The translations under genes were made by a program, and so were the position numbers. A stretch of 64,000 nt of DNA from the sequence record PV740454.1; one strand, written 5' to 3'. The notes beneath the pieces were generated by a model. That model was not told where the DNA came from and did not search any database. It saw only the letters and a program-made list of their open reading frames with translations. The first letter of the stretch is position 1, and each line of letters opens with the position of its first letter. Shown here in pieces: positions 28,358 through 35,808 of the stretch.

Positions 28358-28403
28358 CGGGAGACACGGGAATCGAACCCATTGCCTTGACCACATATCT
28401 CCC
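28358..28403 (-). ncRNA. tRNA minihelix-like element (acceptor stem + T arm only)
   Basis: GGGAGAT/GTCTCCC stem; ATGGG-TTCGATT-CCCGT T arm; 14 nt replace the D and anticodon arms. Confidence 0.6.
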
Positions 28404-28425
28404 ACTGAGAAGTTACGCCAATCTG

Positions 28426-28650
28426 TTAATGTGCTAATCTCATCAAACGGCGCATACGTTCTCTTTCTGATAGCTCATCTAGATTTTCTGTTTTCACCTC
28501 TTTGACTTCTTCTGACTGCTCATCGTCTGATGCTTTTTTCTTAGCATCTGGGCCGATGTTGTCCCATAATGAGCTGTTACGCCAGTTTTCGTTATATCCG
28601 TTACCCAACCCGCGACCTTCGCGTGCGTGTGATTTTCTGTATTGACTCAT
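28426..28650 (-). CDS. Hypothetical protein
   Basis: 74 aa charged ORF. Confidence 0.65.
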   Translation of the reverse strand: MSQYRKSHAREGRGLGNGYNENWRNSSLWDNIGPDAKKKASDDEQSEEVKEVKTENLDELSERERMRRLMRLAH

Positions 28651-28847
28651 TCGTCTGAATTCTTTGTTACTTGTTTTACCGCACCAGCTACAGCAACAGC
28701 ACCTGCCACTTTAGCACCCGTTTTAGCTTTTTTAGCTACAGACTTTGCTTTTGATTTCACCTTGTCACGCAGCTTACGTTTTTTGTTATCGACTGGCTTC
28801 TTGTCTTCAATTTCCGACATGAATACGTCGAATGTTTTATCACTCAT
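28647..28847 (-). CDS. Small basic protein with capsid-targeting-like N-terminus
   Basis: MSDKTFDVFMSE; GGAG RBS; ACTAAATA at 28880-28887. Confidence 0.65.
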   Translation of the reverse strand: MSDKTFDVFMSEIEDKKPVDNKKRKLRDKVKSKAKSVAKKAKTGAKVAGAVAVAGAVKQVTKNSDE

Positions 28848-28921
28848 GGCAATTCTCCATCTGTGTTTGAGTATAACTGTATTTAGTATCAAAATAACTT
28901 AAATTGCAAACTCCATAAACA

Positions 28922-28946
28922 AAAAAACCCGCTCAATGGCGGGTTC
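28922..28946 (-). terminator. Terminator ending the tRNA island transcript
   Basis: AACCCGCC-ATT-GAGCGGGTT + T tract. Confidence 0.8.
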
Positions 28947-28961
28947 TAATGTGCAATCAAC

Positions 28962-29235
28962 AGACATTCGAGAAGTGTTTTTTCGTCTTTCCTTAAATCT
29001 CATTTGACTAGCTTGTTTCTTATACAAGCAAGCATTTACGTATTCAGCGCAACGCCCATTCCGTTTAACGATACGAAAATCGTCGAAGTCATTTCCTACT
29101 TCACGAGAACACAGTTCCCTTAGCTGTCAGGCTTACGTCATCACTGAGAATGCAGCTAGTACGCCCCGGTCGTCACCTTGAAGATGACTATTCCAATTTT
29201 AGCTTCTTTGATTAGAATATTGCTGTACAATGTCT
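28962..29235 (-). ncRNA. Long structured RNA 1 (274 nt), Y-RNA-like closing stem + TACAGCAA
   Basis: AGACATT/AATGTCT closing helix; paralog of 33372-33581. Confidence 0.7.
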
Positions 29236-29246
29236 TATTGCGAATT

Positions 29247-29335
29247 TGGCGGAGATACTGGGAGTCGAACCCAGAGAACGCTATTAACGTCCGACACCTT
29301 AGCAGGGTGCTGTCATACCTTTAGACCATATCTCC
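29247..29335 (-). tRNA. trnS: tRNA-Ser(GCT)
   Basis: Cloverleaf, loop CTGCTAA, long variable arm, CCA. Confidence 0.95.
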
Positions 29336-29337
29336 AG

Positions 29338-29517
29338 TTATTTCTCACCGCGTTCTGCTTTGCTAATTTCAACAGCCGCTATTTGTGCGTTTGCTTCTTC
29401 CTCAGTATCATGTGTACCAAGTACGCGACCTTTAGACGAAAGAGCAACCCACTTGTTACCACGCTTCTGCACTTTCTCAGTCAGTTCGTGATATTCATCA
29501 AACGTTTTCAATTTCAT
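29338..29517 (-). CDS. Small protein with capsid-targeting-like N-terminus
   Basis: MKLKTFDEYHELTE; TATAAATA at 29543-29550. Confidence 0.75.
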   Translation of the reverse strand: MKLKTFDEYHELTEKVQKRGNKWVALSSKGRVLGTHDTEEEANAQIAAVEISKAERGEK

Positions 29518-29569
29518 GTCTAATCCCTCAGTTAGTTTATAATATTTATAACTGAGCAACTTTTAATCA

Positions 29570-29750
29570 GTGGCATGCTGCTATCATGCTCAGACATATA
29601 TTTGCTCTTAATGCAGGCGTATGCCACGCGCAGCGCAGATCCCATTTGATAATTTAACGACTTACGGGACTCGTAGCAAGTCTACACATAGCCTTTCAGC
29701 TATATCTTCTTTTAAGACCATAGTGTCGTACGGTCTACTCACCTAAGTGA
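29570..29750 (-). ncRNA. Multi-hairpin structured RNA candidate
   Basis: Hairpins AGACC/GGTCT, TAGC-TGAAAG-GCTA, GACTT/GAGTC, GTGGCAT/ATGCCAC; no ORF. Confidence 0.5.
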
Positions 29751-29753
29751 ATT

Positions 29754-29820
29754 TGGTAGTCACGAGGGAATCAAACCCTCACTCAACGAGTTTTAGAGGC
29801 TCAGAGCAATCATTGTGACC
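29754..29820 (-). tRNA. Degenerate tRNA with CUA (amber-suppressor) anticodon and truncated D arm
   Basis: GGTCAC/GTGACT + ACCA; loop CTCTAAA; T arm GAGGG-TTTGATT-CCCTC; 67 nt. Confidence 0.6.
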
Positions 29821-29821
29821 A

Positions 29822-30163
29822 TTATAATTTGAATCCGATGCTCAACACCCAACGAGATTCATTAGCTTTAGTCGTGCGGTGATAGAACTTATCAGCACGA
29901 AACCCAAACAACCTATCTTTGATGATATGAAATGCACCATTACAGATGAATTCACCGCCAGATTTCGGTTTCTTTACAACCCAATTTATTCTATAATGGA
30001 ATTTACCAGGGTCTTTATGTTTAGGAATATACGAGTCTTTAGGATAATGAAACAAGTAGAAATCAAAGTGTTTGCTGTAAAACAGCGTGAATACTCGATA
30101 TCCAGTTGCCCATTTATCTAAGCCCCATTTAAATCTTCTTAACGTTGGTTTTTGAGTCTACAT
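29822..30163 (-). CDS. 2OG-Fe(II) oxygenase with in-frame TAG at codon 2 (read-through or pseudogene)
   Basis: AAAGG RBS-ATG-TAG-ACT...; same frame continues KWGLDKWATGYRVF...HYPKDSYIPKHKDP...GGEF...FYH...RWVLSIG. Confidence 0.7.
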
Positions 30164-30179
30164 ACAAATTACCTTTAAT

Positions 30180-30256
30180 TGGTGCCCAACCCGAGATTCG
30201 AACTCGGATCATCTAGTGTTTGAAACTAGCGCCTCTGCCAATTGGACTAGTTGGGC
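30180..30256 (-). tRNA. trnL: tRNA-Leu(CAA), short variable loop
   Basis: Loop TTCAAAC, 5-nt variable loop, ACCA. Confidence 0.9.
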
Positions 30257-30262
30257 GAAATA

Positions 30263-30339
30263 TGGTACGCATGGGCGGATTCGAACCGCCATCCCTGAGA
30301 ATTTAAACCTCATGCCTCTGCCAATTGGACCACATGCGC
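30263..30339 (-). tRNA. trnL: tRNA-Leu(TAA), short variable loop
   Basis: Loop TTTAAAT, 5-nt variable loop, ACCA. Confidence 0.9.
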
Positions 30340-30345
30340 GTTATT

Positions 30346-30536
30346 GTGTCGTTATGTCGATGTTCACGACACTGCTAGGCTGCCGAGTTATCAACTCATT
30401 ATACTAGCCAAGGGCTTCTTACACACTAATCACTACTCGCAAGTAGCAACTCAAACATGCTCAGTTCCGAGCGATTAACCTCTTAGACCGTAGTCTCGAA
30501 CCATAACCGACCCCTATGCACATCCAACTTGTGCAT
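30346..30536 (-). ncRNA. Multi-hairpin structured RNA candidate
   Basis: At least six hairpins (ATGCAC/GTGCAT, AGAC/GTCT, GCTC/GAGC, GCTACT/AGTAGT, GAGTT/AACTC, GTGTCGT/ACGACAC). Confidence 0.55.
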
Positions 30537-30541
30537 CGTCT

Positions 30542-30763
30542 TTAATACTGATCTTGCAACCCGCACTTCGTGCATGTCGCAGTAATTATTTCCATACAAC
30601 CATCAGCTATCATTTCATGTTCACAATCGACTTGCTTGTTATATTGATGCAAGTTTATACGTTCTTGATGAAGCTCAACTTGAAGCTTTCGAATTCGTTG
30701 CTTAGAATAAGCGACATTCGCTTCAGCTTGTCGAGTAAGTATTTCTTTAACTTCCGGTTTCAT
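30542..30763 (-). CDS. Hypothetical coiled-coil protein with C-terminal Cys cluster
   Basis: Start re-assigned to MKPEV (the track start overlaps tRNA-Cys). Confidence 0.65.
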   Translation of the reverse strand: MKPEVKEILTRQAEANVAYSKQRIRKLQVELHQERINLHQYNKQVDCEHEMIADGCMEIITATCTKCGLQDQY

Positions 30764-30780
30764 GATATAGTTCTCAAATT

Positions 30781-30854
30781 TGGAGCTCGAACAGGGAGTC
30801 GAACCCTGACCTGCGGATTTGCAATCCGTCATACTGCCATTATACGATTCGAGC
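30781..30854 (-). tRNA. trnC: tRNA-Cys(GCA)
   Basis: Loop TTGCAAA, TCCA end. Confidence 0.93.
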
Positions 30855-30859
30855 GTTGT

Positions 30860-31162
30860 TTAGTATGTTGCAAAACGAATTTTAATGTTTTGCTCATCTA
30901 CTGGCAATACTGCAAACAGATAAAAATGCGCAAAGTCAGGCATTTCATTTTTATGTCGTTTTATCTGCTCATTTTCTATTGCTCGTTCAATCAACCAATA
31001 GAAGTCAATTCGATGCATATCATCAGTAAATGGTATAATCAATGAGCGAGATTCAACGTGCGCTGCGTTTAATGAACTACCATGTATAACTTCACCAGTT
31101 CTGCTATCAACCGCATTACACGGACAACAGATTAAGTGGATTTTCTTGCCATGAATATACAT
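30860..31162 (-). CDS. Hypothetical protein
   Basis: 100 aa ORF between tRNAs. Confidence 0.6.
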   Translation of the reverse strand: MYIHGKKIHLICCPCNAVDSRTGEVIHGSSLNAAHVESRSLIIPFTDDMHRIDFYWLIERAIENEQIKRHKNEMPDFAHFYLFAVLPVDEQNIKIRFATY

Positions 31163-31169
31163 AATTTAC

Positions 31170-31310
31170 CTACGGAAAATAAACTAGTGCTTCGTGATTA
31201 ACTAGACCTTCGATTTCTTCTTCAGTCAGTTCTTCAAGTCGCTTGATTACTTCATCTGGTAAAACACCATCGGGAACTTTAACAGATATCGTCATTAACA
31301 CTTCAGTCAT
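31170..31310 (-). CDS. Small hypothetical protein
   Basis: Start re-assigned to MTEVL (the track start overlaps tRNA-His). Confidence 0.5.
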   Translation of the reverse strand: MTEVLMTISVKVPDGVLPDEVIKRLEELTEEEIEGLVNHEALVYFP

Positions 31311-31336
31311 AATATATTTCTCATTCAAATGTACTT

Positions 31337-31411
31337 TGGGGTGACCGACGGGAATCGAACCCGCGAGTTCCTGAATCACAATCAGGGGCATTACCACTCT
31401 GCCACAGCCAC
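31337..31411 (-). tRNA. trnH: tRNA-His(GTG)
   Basis: Loop TTGTGAT, C73, CCA; genomic -1 base is T. Confidence 0.93.
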
Positions 31412-31486
31412 ACCAAAGTACACTTAATGAACTTTGGGATACATTTACGTGGATCATTCGAGCGTAGCACTACTACGCTAGTAAGT

Positions 31487-31798
31487 TTATTTGATTTTCG
31501 ATAGCATTTTATGCATATCTTTCGTGTTGTTTAGAAAGTCAACATAATGAGCAAAATCAACGTCTCTGTCGTATTGACGAACTAGAGAACTAGTCTTTGC
31601 TAGCCACTCATCGGTGATGATATCATTCAACCCGAAGTTTTTCTTCAGAGCCATTAAGCGTCGCTCGTAATCATCACCGTCGATGTTCATTGGGTCAGGA
31701 GCGATATAGTCAGAAAGAATCTCAGCATTTTTGTCGATACGTTTCATATCGAACTTTTCATCAAGTTGAGATTCAGTGTATTCTTTAAATGATTGCAT
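31487..31798 (-). CDS. Protein with capsid-targeting-like N-terminus
   Basis: MQSFKEYTESQLDE; ACTAAATA at 31824-31831. Confidence 0.75.
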   Translation of the reverse strand: MQSFKEYTESQLDEKFDMKRIDKNAEILSDYIAPDPMNIDGDDYERRLMALKKNFGLNDIITDEWLAKTSSLVRQYDRDVDFAHYVDFLNNTKDMHKMLSKIK

Positions 31799-31822
31799 AG
31801 TCTTATCTCTTGTATTAAAAAC

Positions 31823-32065
31823 TTATTTAGTGTTCTTGAGATAGATACTATCACTCGAAAGCTCTCTTGTAAACATATTTTTGAAATAAATTTCAATATC
31901 GTCTGAAGTAGTAGAAGATTCAATGCTCAATGCAAGTTCTAGAATCTTACCACGTTTATAACCTGCACGCCAACAGTCAAACATAAGTCTGTCCATTTGT
32001 TTCAGTTTTTCAACTTGATTTGGGTGTACGTATTCGTGAGATTCTAGCAAAGCTGGTGTGTTCAT
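31823..32065 (-). CDS. Hypothetical protein
   Basis: 80 aa ORF. Confidence 0.65.
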   Translation of the reverse strand: MNTPALLESHEYVHPNQVEKLKQMDRLMFDCWRAGYKRGKILELALSIESSTTSDDIEIYFKNMFTRELSSDSIYLKNTK

Positions 32066-32087
32066 AATATAGTTCTCATCATAAGAA

Positions 32088-32161
32088 TGGTAGCCCCTGT
32101 CGGATTCGAGCCGACTCTACTTCTGTGTAAGAGAAGCGTACTCCCATTATACTAAGGGGCT
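32088..32161 (-). tRNA. trnV: tRNA-Val(TAC)
   Basis: Loop CTTACAC, AGCCCCT/AGGGGCT, ACCA. Confidence 0.92.
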
Positions 32162-32162
32162 A

Positions 32163-32306
32163 TTAGACTGGGTAATTGTATTTCCATTGATCTGGGTCTG
32201 GTCTACCACAACGAATACACGATGTGCCTAACCAATTTCTCTGACCACAAACACAAGTGTAACCTTGTTGTTCGAAGTTTTCACCACCGATACTAAGAAT
32301 TTTCAT
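32163..32306 (-). CDS. Small zinc-ribbon-like protein
   Basis: MKILSIGG...CVCG-x7-CIRCG. Confidence 0.55.
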   Translation of the reverse strand: MKILSIGGENFEQQGYTCVCGQRNWLGTSCIRCGRPDPDQWKYNYPV

Positions 32307-32321
32307 ACAATCACCAAAAAT

Positions 32322-32395
32322 TGGAGCGGGTACACGGACTCGAACCGACTCTACTTCTGTGTAAGAGAAGCGTACTCCCATTATACTAAGGGACT
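32322..32395 (-). pseudogene. Chimeric tRNA: Val 5' portion fused to Gly 3' end; acceptor stem unpaired
   Basis: 5' part near-identical to 32088-32161; 3' GTGTACCCGCTCCA identical to tRNA-Gly 32763-32837. Confidence 0.85.
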
Positions 32396-32402
32396 ATTAA
32401 CC

Positions 32403-32747
32403 TTATTTGACTTGAACTACAAACGAATTAGGTATAGCTGTTATTACAGGTAATATAAATTCAATCGTTCGTTGAGATAATGCATGAGTCGAAATCAACC
32501 CATTGATCGCCATCGATCTCATTCTACCCAAGTCTTCGTTCAGAACAAAACGAAATCGAACGCGAATATCTTGAATATCAAGATCATTTTTATTACCACT
32601 GATACGATACACCGACTTTAACTTCAAGTATTCAGTAATTAAATCACGCTCAGCTTTGTTACGAACACAAATTATATATGTTCGTTCATTACTCATGTGA
32701 ATCAACATCGCATTTAGAGCATCGATTATATTAGAAGTTTCGTTCAT
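32403..32747 (-). CDS. Hypothetical protein
   Basis: 114 aa ORF. Confidence 0.65.
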   Translation of the reverse strand: MNETSNIIDALNAMLIHMSNERTYIICVRNKAERDLITEYLKLKSVYRISGNKNDLDIQDIRVRFRFVLNEDLGRMRSMAINGLISTHALSQRTIEFILPVITAIPNSFVVQVK

Positions 32748-32762
32748 AGTATTGCCAGAATA

Positions 32763-32837
32763 TGGAGCGGGTACACGGACTCGAACCGAGACGAACGACT
32801 TGGAAGGACATCATGCTACCAATTACATCATACCCGC
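32763..32837 (-). tRNA. trnG: tRNA-Gly(TCC)
   Basis: Loop CTTCCAA, TCCA end. Confidence 0.9.
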
Positions 32838-32842
32838 ATTGT

Positions 32843-33049
32843 TTAATCTGAAGCGTCGAACAAATCACGTATTGCACGTAGATTCGTAAGCTCTACTGTA
32901 AGTGTTCTAATAAAGAACGGGTTAGTCTCTTTAGCGAGACGATTTTCAACATAACGAATTTTATCGCGTATGTTGCCCTTGCTTAGTGTAAAGTAGTCAT
33001 GCTTCTTAACCTTTTTGAATGAATTTAAGCTTGTGTTTAAGCTTGCCAC
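32843..33049 (-). CDS. Hypothetical protein
   Basis: 68 aa basic ORF. Confidence 0.5.
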   Translation of the reverse strand: MASLNTSLNSFKKVKKHDYFTLSKGNIRDKIRYVENRLAKETNPFFIRTLTVELTNLRAIRDLFDASD

Positions 33050-33155
33050 GAGATTTATGTCGCTTACACAGTTTTGTACCGTGATAGCTATGATATTGAT
33101 AAAAGCTAGTTAGCTTCTTATACAACGATTTCATGCATACCCTCATGATTGAAAT

Positions 33156-33231
33156 TGGTGGAGACACCGATACTCGAAATCGGATCTAACGCCGTATGAA
33201 AGCGCCGCTCTACCACTTGAGCTACATCTCC
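33156..33231 (-). tRNA. trnM: tRNA-CAT, probably elongator Met
   Basis: Loop TTCATAC, ACCA. Confidence 0.85.
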
Positions 33232-33244
33232 GTATCTTGGTTTT

Positions 33245-33360
33245 GTATGTTTTACATGACGATAACCAGAAACGTGCATAATAATGCCACGTGATACATC
33301 CTATATCACGGCTAACTGAGTTAGCATATCGTGCCTTGCGGCTGTAGTGTCGTTTCCGAC
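33245..33360 (-). ncRNA. Multi-hairpin structured RNA candidate
   Basis: GTCG-GAAA-CGAC, GCC-GCAA-GGC, GCTAAC/GTTAGC, GTGATA/TATCAC hairpins. Confidence 0.5.
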
Positions 33361-33371
33361 GAATTAAGTAC

Positions 33372-33581
33372 AGACAATACCGAAGTGTTTTTTCGTCTTT
33401 GACATGAATCGGAGTTGACTATCTTATTGGTTCTCAACAAGCAAATATCGTCTGTTTCAGCGACGCGCCTATCTGACTATTTCTAGACAGAGAGAATCTT
33501 TCCTTTCAAGCTGCACCGAAGCACTGCCCAGGTTAAGATCATCACCTTTTTAAGTAAGTAATTTGTTGCTGTATATTGTCT
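33372..33581 (-). ncRNA. Long structured RNA 2 (210 nt), Y-RNA-like closing stem + TACAGCAA
   Basis: AGACAATA/TATTGTCT closing helix; 19-nt identity with RNA 1. Confidence 0.7.
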
Positions 33582-33646
33582 AACTATCTGCACTCGTACG
33601 AATCTCGAAAGGTATCGTAGTTGTCGTGCAGAAGTTCTTAAATCTT

Positions 33647-33883
33647 TTACTCGTCCATCAATCCGTCGTAGAAATCATCCAATGCTGAATGCACACGACG
33701 TAAACGATCAACGTTCCCACGACCGTAGTTCATGTCAGTTTCACGCGCCCAATCCATCATTGCACTAGATTGCATGATTGAATAAGCCTTGTGAAAGAAG
33801 TCTTCAAACTGTTCTGACGATTCAAACTCACGTGGTAATGTTCTTGCTTCGTTTAATTTCTTAAACTCGTTATATGTTTTCAT
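33647..33883 (-). CDS. Internal-head-protein-like small protein
   Basis: MKTYNEFKKLNE; TATAAATA at 33905-33912. Confidence 0.8.
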   Translation of the reverse strand: MKTYNEFKKLNEARTLPREFESSEQFEDFFHKAYSIMQSSAMMDWARETDMNYGRGNVDRLRRVHSALDDFYDGLMDE

Positions 33884-33920
33884 GAGATTCTCCTATTAAA
33901 AACATATTTATACAAGAACT

Positions 33921-33996
33921 TGGCATCCCCACTAGGATTCGAACCTAGAACCACATCCTTAGAAGGGACGTGCTCTTCCAATTGAGCTATGAGGAC
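33921..33996 (-). tRNA. trnR: tRNA-Arg(TCT)
   Basis: Loop CTTCTAA, GCCA. Confidence 0.95.
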
Positions 33997-34070
33997 ATTA
34001 AAAAGATTCGATCCATAAGCTCGTGCAGATGATGGTAGTAAAGAGAATCCGCGCTCATGTGATCGAAATT

Positions 34071-34145
34071 TGGTGGACCGTAAGGGATTCGAACCCTTGA
34101 CTCTGCCTTGCAAGGGCAGTGTATTCCCAATTATACTAACAGCCC
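34071..34145 (-). tRNA. trnA: tRNA-Ala(TGC)
   Basis: Loop CTTGCAA, G3:U70. Confidence 0.95.
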
Positions 34146-34154
34146 ATATTTTAT

Positions 34155-34364
34155 TTACAACTGCGTGATTGAGATATGATCCCAGCCATATAGACCATCA
34201 AGCTCTTCAATCGGCTCACACACAATGTCAGAAATATACTCAGCAACTTTTGCTTCAATTTCTTCATCAGATAGTTTTTCATCAACGGAAAAAGCATCTT
34301 CGTTATTGTTGCCACCGAAATAACCGCCAATGTCATATTCACACCATATTGAAATATATTTCAT
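34155..34364 (-). CDS. Acidic hypothetical protein
   Basis: Start re-assigned to MKYISIW. Confidence 0.6.
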   Translation of the reverse strand: MKYISIWCEYDIGGYFGGNNNEDAFSVDEKLSDEEIEAKVAEYISDIVCEPIEELDGLYGWDHISITQL

Positions 34365-34389
34365 GTTATTCTCACAGTTGTTTTGAAAA

Positions 34390-34465
34390 TGGTGCCCTGA
34401 CACGGATTTGAACCGCGAACCTGCTCATTACAAGTGAGCTGCACTGCCAGTTGTGCTATCAGGGC
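34390..34465 (-). tRNA. trnT: tRNA-Thr(TGT)
   Basis: Loop CTTGTAA, ACCA. Confidence 0.95.
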
Positions 34466-34468
34466 GAT

Positions 34469-34585
34469 ACTGAGTGTCATTACTTGCGCCATCCGAGACT
34501 AGAGATACCAACTCTAAACGGGATTCGAACCCGAAACATTTCTTTTATCGGAAGAATTTGTAATTGTTTGCTGAAAACACTCAAT
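34469..34585 (-). ncRNA. Y-RNA-like tRNA mimic (117 nt)
   Basis: 10-bp closing helix ATTGAGTGTT/GACACTCAGT; TTCAGCAA; anticodon-like hairpin TTCTT-CCGATAA-AAGAA; T arm CGGG-TTCGAAT-CCCG; no D arm or CCA. Confidence 0.75.
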
Positions 34586-34591
34586 GGTATT

Positions 34592-34665
34592 TGGCTGGGA
34601 TATAGAGATTCGAACTCTAACTGACGGAATCAAAATCCGTAGTGCTACCATTACACCATATCCCA
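34592..34665 (-). tRNA. trnQ: tRNA-Gln(TTG)
   Basis: Loop TTTTGAT, GCCA. Confidence 0.95.
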
Positions 34666-34672
34666 ATTGTTC

Positions 34673-34921
34673 TTATCGCTGAAAATAGCCGTGACTCATT
34701 TTGATCTTATCGGCAAATTCGCGAAGCATACGGTCTGCAAGTTCAAACGATAACTCTTTATCAGCGTCACCTTGTTGCTGCAAATCGTGTGCAATTTTAC
34801 TTCGAAGCTCTTCTGGCTTGTACCCGAACACTTGTTTACCCCAGTGTTCTTTAACTCTATGGTACGATTCCATCGAAATGCTATCTCGTCTAGCTTCTTG
34901 AAATTCTGAAAATGTTTTCAT
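34673..34921 (-). CDS. Internal-head-protein-like small protein
   Basis: MKTFSEFQE; TATAAATA at 34945-34952. Confidence 0.75.
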   Translation of the reverse strand: MKTFSEFQEARRDSISMESYHRVKEHWGKQVFGYKPEELRSKIAHDLQQQGDADKELSFELADRMLREFADKIKMSHGYFQR

Positions 34922-34961
34922 GATTATTACCTTTCGTAAAATCATATTTATAAATTATCTT

Positions 34962-35037
34962 TGGCGGAACCGACGGGGCTCGAACCCGCTTCCTTTCCCG
35001 TGACAGGGGAATATGCACCCAGTTACACCTCGGCTCC
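34962..35037 (-). tRNA. trnD: tRNA-Asp(GTC)
   Basis: Loop CTGTCAC, GCCA. Confidence 0.95.
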
Positions 35038-35256
35038 CCAAAGACAACTTACGTTGCTTTGTGCTCGTGCAAACCAAACACTAGCTAAACGACTTCTTGA
35101 TTTCTTAGTTGTACTATACATTCCCTGCTAAGGGCATCATCGTTCTTGTTTTTAACAAATGTCATGAAAGTGAGATCTTGTTATGCAAGAGGTTTCAAAT
35201 CCCTGCATACAAGCAGACATAACAACCAATGCTCTCATACATTGTCATGGTCAAAC

Positions 35257-35332
35257 TGGCGCTCCATGTTGGACTCGAACCAACGACTCTCTGATTAACA
35301 GTCAGACACTCTACCGACTGAGTTAATGAAGC
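35257..35332 (-). tRNA. trnN: tRNA-Asn(GTT)
   Basis: Loop CTGTTAA, GCCA. Confidence 0.95.
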
Positions 35333-35338
35333 ATAATA

Positions 35339-35413
35339 TGGCGACGAAGGAGAATTTCGAAATCTCGACCTGTCGGTTAACAGCCGACTGCTCTGCCTCT
35401 GAGCTACTCCGTC
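35339..35413 (-). tRNA. trnN: tRNA-Asn(GTT), second divergent copy
   Basis: Loop CTGTTAA, GCCA. Confidence 0.9.
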
Positions 35414-35425
35414 ATTAAATTAAAC

Positions 35426-35484
35426 AGTAATCATTCTTTGCTTTTTCAAAATAAAAGTTTAGTATTGTTTGCTGCAAGATTACT
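35426..35484 (-). ncRNA. Minimal Y-RNA-like element (59 nt)
   Basis: AGTAATC/GATTACT closing helix, TGCAGCAA, hairpin CTTTT/AAAAG, AAAGAAT before the 3' strand. Confidence 0.65.
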
Positions 35485-35489
35485 TAAAC

Positions 35490-35563
35490 TGGCAGGGACA
35501 TAGAGATTCGAACTCTAACGAACGGGTTTGGAATCCGTCATGCTGCCGTTACATCATGTCCCT
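35490..35563 (-). tRNA. trnW: tRNA-Trp(CCA)
   Basis: Loop TTCCAAA, GCCA. Confidence 0.93.
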
Positions 35564-35569
35564 AAAATT

Positions 35570-35643
35570 TGGTAGCCCCAGACAGACTCGAACTGTCAAC
35601 GTGCGATTATCGGTCGCGTGTTTTACCGTTAAACTATGGAGCT
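35570..35643 (-). tRNA. trnI: tRNA-Ile(GAT)
   Basis: Loop CCGATAA (C33), ACCA. Confidence 0.92.
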
Positions 35644-35705
35644 AAAGTGAGCACCGAAGTGCTCTTGTTAATCGGTTAAGTGACTAAACTCCCCGGTTAA
35701 CAAAT

Positions 35706-35802
35706 TGGCGGAAGACTAGGGATTCGAACCCTAACAAGCATTTCTGCTCCGACGGTTTTCAAGACCGTTGCCGCTACCCCGAATCTTTCGGCTAAGCCTT
35801 CC
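35706..35802 (-). tRNA. trnS: tRNA-Ser(TGA) with enlarged D loop
   Basis: Loop CTTGAAA, long variable arm, about 17-nt D loop. Confidence 0.88.
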
Positions 35803-35808
35803 TTAATT

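Noticed and set aside
30072-30079. TACAGCAA copy near the oxygenase
   Set aside because: It lies inside the extended coding frame (Tyr-Ser-Lys) with no flanking helix; probably chance.
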